This document shows, piece after piece, positions 61,048-64,000 of a stretch of 64,000 nucleotides of DNA. A model generated the notes under the pieces. It searched no databases, had not been told where the DNA came from, and worked only from the letters and a program-made list of their open reading frames with translations. Positions within the stretch are counted from its first letter, which is position 1. Each line of letters starts with the position of its first letter. Source of the stretch: an uncultured Gemmatimonadales bacterium (lineage in GTDB: Bacteria > Gemmatimonadota > Gemmatimonadetes > Gemmatimonadales > Gemmatimonadaceae). A program made the position numbers and the translations under genes. Where the stretch lies: NCBI GenBank assembly GCA_963851265.1, contig CAWKNZ010000003.1, positions 128,001 to 192,000 of the forward strand. Reading direction: 5' to 3'.

Positions 61048-61727
61048 CCGCCGTGCAGCACCTGCTGCAGGTCGGCCGCGACGTCGGCCGGGGGCACGCC
61101 GAGCGGGTAGATCGTGCGAAGGCGGCCGTCCGGGCCGACGAGAAAGACCTGCGCCGGGTGCGAGACGGTGTAGCTCGCGGCGGGAACGCCGGCCGTCGCG
61201 GGCTCGCGGTAGGAGGAGACGTGCCACGCGGCCTGGACGGCGTCGATGGTGGCACGCGGACCGATCAGCCCGATGAAGCCCGGGTCGAACTGGGTGACGT
61301 AGCGGGCCACGACGGCGGAGGAGTCGCGCTCGGGGTCGACGGTGACGAAGACGAAGCGGACGTGCGCGGTGTCAGACGGGGTGTGCGCGGCGAGTATGTG
61401 CTTGGCGCGCGCCCAGTCGGCGAGCGTGGTCGGGCAGACGTCGGGGCAGTGCGTGTAGCCGAAGAAGACGAGCACCGCCCGCCCGGCCGCCGCGCCGTCG
61501 CGCGCGAGGTCGAAGGTGTCGACCCCGGCCGCGGACCCGGCCCGCGCCAGCCGGAGTGGCGGGGCGGGTTCGGCCGTGGTGTACGCGGCGCCGTGGAGCG
61601 GAGGGGCGGCCCCGACGGCGGCCCGCACGCGGTCGCAGGCGGCCGCGAGGAGCGTCGCGGCGGCGAGGGCGGCGCCGTGCGCCACGGACCGTCGGCCCGG
61701 GCGCGAGAAGGCAGGATGGATCGGCAT
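61044..61727 (-). CDS. SCO1/SenC copper chaperone, predicted lipoprotein
   Basis: LAAAC lipobox-like; FFGYTHCPDVCP, VTVDPERD, YTVSH. Confidence 0.93.
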   Translation of the reverse strand: MPIHPAFSRPGRRSVAHGAALAAATLLAAACDRVRAAVGAAPPLHGAAYTTAEPAPPLRLARAGSAAGVDTFDLARDGAAAGRAVLVFFGYTHCPDVCPTTLADWARAKHILAAHTPSDTAHVRFVFVTVDPERDSSAVVARYVTQFDPGFIGLIGPRATIDAVQAAWHVSSYREPATAGVPAASYTVSHPAQVFLVGPDGRLRTIYPLGVPPADVAADLQQVLHGG

Positions 61728-61756
61728 CGTCCGAAAGATGCGCGGCGCCACGCGGA

Positions 61757-63820
61757 TCACGTCGCCGGTCCGACCGTAACCCGCCAGGTGGTCTGGTCCT
61801 CGACGCCCCACAGGTACTTGTAGCGTTCGCCCCCGCGGAGGAAGTCGAGCGTACGGCAGCCTTCGGCGATGGCCGCCTCGACGGTCGCACGGACGATCGC
61901 CACGCCGGGGCTGTAGTACTCGAACGCGGGGTCGAGCCCGCTCAGGTAGCAGTACGCGCGGCCGTGGTGCACGAGACCGTAGAGCACGGCCGCGGGGCTG
62001 CCGTCGATGCGCAGCACGCGGAGCCGGAGCCAGCCGCGCGCGAGGAAGCCCGCCGCGGCCTCCGCGTGGAATTCGGCGAGCCGGTCGTCGGCGAGCACGC
62101 CGGCCTCGCCGCGCGAGCGCCAGCGCGCCTCGTGGAGGGCGAAGAGCGCGTCGAGGGCGGCGGGGAGGGTGCGGGCGTCGGCGGTCACGAGCTCGACGTG
62201 CTGGGCGCGGCGCAGTCGGTTGGCGCCGAGGTTGAGCTTGCGGCGGAACGTGCCGCCCAACGTCGCGGCGAAGGCGTCCCACCCGCCCTCCCAGGCGCCG
62301 GGGAGCGGGCGCGCGGGGGCGACGCTCTGCACGGCGCGCGCGGCGGTGAGCCCGGCCGGCCATTCGGCTTCGAGCAGCGCGCCAGGGAGGGGCGACTCGT
62401 CGCGGAGTTCGTCGAAGGCGGCGGCGGTCCACGCGCCGTCCGCGGCCTCGCCCGCGAGGTGGCGCACGGCGGCGCGGAGGGCGCCCTGCCCCGCCGCCGG
62501 ATCGGCGAGCGCGTCGCCGTAGTCGGTGACGCCGGCGCCCAACAGGGCGAACGTTCGCGCACCGCCGCGCGGCGCGTCGGCGAAGGTGAAGCCGGGGAGG
62601 AGGGCGGCGAGCGCGCCGGTCGAGGCGTCGCGCACGGCGATGGTGCGCAGGCCGCCCTCCCCCCCGGACGCGCCGGCCCCGGACGGGTCGGCGGCCCGTG
62701 CGCCGGTCGCGCGTCCACCGCCGAGGTGGCGCCACCAGGCGAGCTGCCATTCGGGGCTCTGAAAGGGCGTGGCCCACGGACATCGATCGTGGAGCGCGCG
62801 CCACTCGGGAACGAGCCGGGCGAGCGCGTCGGCGCACGTGACCGACTCGGCGGCGAAGGCGGCCGCGCGGGGGGCGGCGCGGCGTTCGGCGCGGCGGCGC
62901 AGGTGGAAGACGGCGCCGTCCCAGTGGGCGAAGGGCTGCGCGCCGGCGACGACGAGGTCGAGTCCGTGCCGCGCCGCGAGCGCGGCCGCGTCGCGGCGGT
63001 CGGCGGCGAGGTCGCTCCGGTACGAGAAGTTGACGATCACGACGTCGCCGCCAGGGCGGGCGACGCGCGCCATCTCGGCCACGGTCGCGTCGACGAGTGC
63101 CGGTCCGCCGGCGAAGACGTACGGGAACGCGTCGACGGCGAGGACGAGGTCGAACGCCGCGTCGCGGAACATGGCGAGGTCGCGGCCGCCGGTGCGGACG
63201 AACGCGGCGGCCGCGCGCGCCGCGGCGGGGAGCGCGGCCGCGCGGCGGTGGGCCGCCGCGAGCATGCCGGGCGAGACGTCGACGCCGACGGCGAGCGACA
63301 CGCGCGGCGCGAGCGCCTGCTCGAAGCGGCCGATCCCGCAGCCGATCTCGAGGAGCGCGCCGCCACCCCGCGCGGCGCGCTCCGGCACGAGCCCTTCAGC
63401 GTCGAGCCAGGCGACGACCTCGCGGGTGGCGCGGGCGAGGAGGCCGGGGTCGCCTAACGAGTAGAGGGCGACGCTCGCCTCCTCGCTCGCCGCCACGGCG
63501 TCGTCGAAGAGGCGGCGGACCGCGTCGGGGTCGCCGGCCGTTGGTCCGCGCGCCATCGCGGCGACGCGGGCGGCGCCTTCGGTGAGCGCGGGCATGAGCC
63601 CGGCGAGCGCGTCGAGGCGCGCGCGCTGCTCGGCGTCGGGCGCGCCGGCGCGTCGGGCGCGCGCCACGGCAGCCGCGGCGACGGCCGGCCCGCCGTCGCC
63701 GAGCACGAGGAGCGAGACGGCGACCGGTGGCGGGATCTCGCCGCGCAGGCAGCGGGCGATGACGTCGTCGGCTGCCGTCTGGTCGGGCGAGGGCGGCGTG
63801 GTCGCGGGGGCGGGCGGCAT
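61757..63820 (-). CDS. Class I SAM methyltransferase fused to CelD/BcsL-like GNAT
   Basis: LEIGCGIG, GVDVSPGM, RVARPGG; then TPFQSPEW..WW, SPG, DFLRGGERYK. Confidence 0.82.
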   Translation of the reverse strand: MPPAPATTPPSPDQTAADDVIARCLRGEIPPPVAVSLLVLGDGGPAVAAAAVARARRAGAPDAEQRARLDALAGLMPALTEGAARVAAMARGPTAGDPDAVRRLFDDAVAASEEASVALYSLGDPGLLARATREVVAWLDAEGLVPERAARGGGALLEIGCGIGRFEQALAPRVSLAVGVDVSPGMLAAAHRRAAALPAAARAAAAFVRTGGRDLAMFRDAAFDLVLAVDAFPYVFAGGPALVDATVAEMARVARPGGDVVIVNFSYRSDLAADRRDAAALAARHGLDLVVAGAQPFAHWDGAVFHLRRRAERRAAPRAAAFAAESVTCADALARLVPEWRALHDRCPWATPFQSPEWQLAWWRHLGGGRATGARAADPSGAGASGGEGGLRTIAVRDASTGALAALLPGFTFADAPRGGARTFALLGAGVTDYGDALADPAAGQGALRAAVRHLAGEAADGAWTAAAFDELRDESPLPGALLEAEWPAGLTAARAVQSVAPARPLPGAWEGGWDAFAATLGGTFRRKLNLGANRLRRAQHVELVTADARTLPAALDALFALHEARWRSRGEAGVLADDRLAEFHAEAAAGFLARGWLRLRVLRIDGSPAAVLYGLVHHGRAYCYLSGLDPAFEYYSPGVAIVRATVEAAIAEGCRTLDFLRGGERYKYLWGVEDQTTWRVTVGPAT

Positions 63821-63854
63821 CGCGGGAAGATGGCCGCGCGGAGTAGTTTGGGCC

Positions 63855-64000
63855 ATGCGCCCACCCCTCGTCGTCGCCGTGCTGCTCGCTTCCGCCGTGA
63901 CCGCCGTTCCCGCGTCGTCTGCGCGCGCGCAGGCCGCGGACCCCGCCGCGCTAGCCGACCGCGTGCTGCGCGAGCACCCGCTGGTGGACGGGCACAACGA
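63855..64000 (+). CDS. M19 membrane dipeptidase, 5' part; runs off the window edge
   Basis: Signal peptide followed by HPLVDGHN. Confidence 0.72.
   Translation, partial: MRPPLVVAVLLASAVTAVPASSARAQAADPAALADRVLREHPLVDGHN

Overview
Very GC-rich bacterial DNA, most likely Gemmatimonadota (inferred from gene style and order; not checked). It is dominated by a ~40 kb flagellar cluster: flgBC-fliE, fliFGHIJ-motE-fliK-flgDE, fliLMN-fliO/P, fliQR-flhBA, a flhG-like gene with fliA, flgFGAHIJNK-csrA and motAB. Non-flagellar genes are interleaved (HNH nuclease, S41 protease, paaK, GH13). After the cluster come a type IV minor-pilin operon, c-di-GMP genes including a photoactive yellow protein homologue next to a PAS-GGDEF-EAL gene, a HipA-like kinase/DUF3037 pair and an SCO/cupredoxin pair. 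Main observations: (1) the non-palindromic word (Y)GTTAGGC occurs 28 times and accounts for every in-frame TTA codon I found; (2) FliK carries an M15 zinc-peptidase domain with intact motifs, while FlgJ lacks its muramidase; (3) a recurring sigma-54 promoter architecture (CGGCA-N5-TGCCG sites, a 25-bp IHF-like element, GG-N10-GC) with helical phasing and two near-leaderless starts; (4) a perfect 62-bp palindrome after fliA. No rRNA, tRNA, CRISPR array or IS element was seen. All calls come from reading the sequence by eye; no searches were run.
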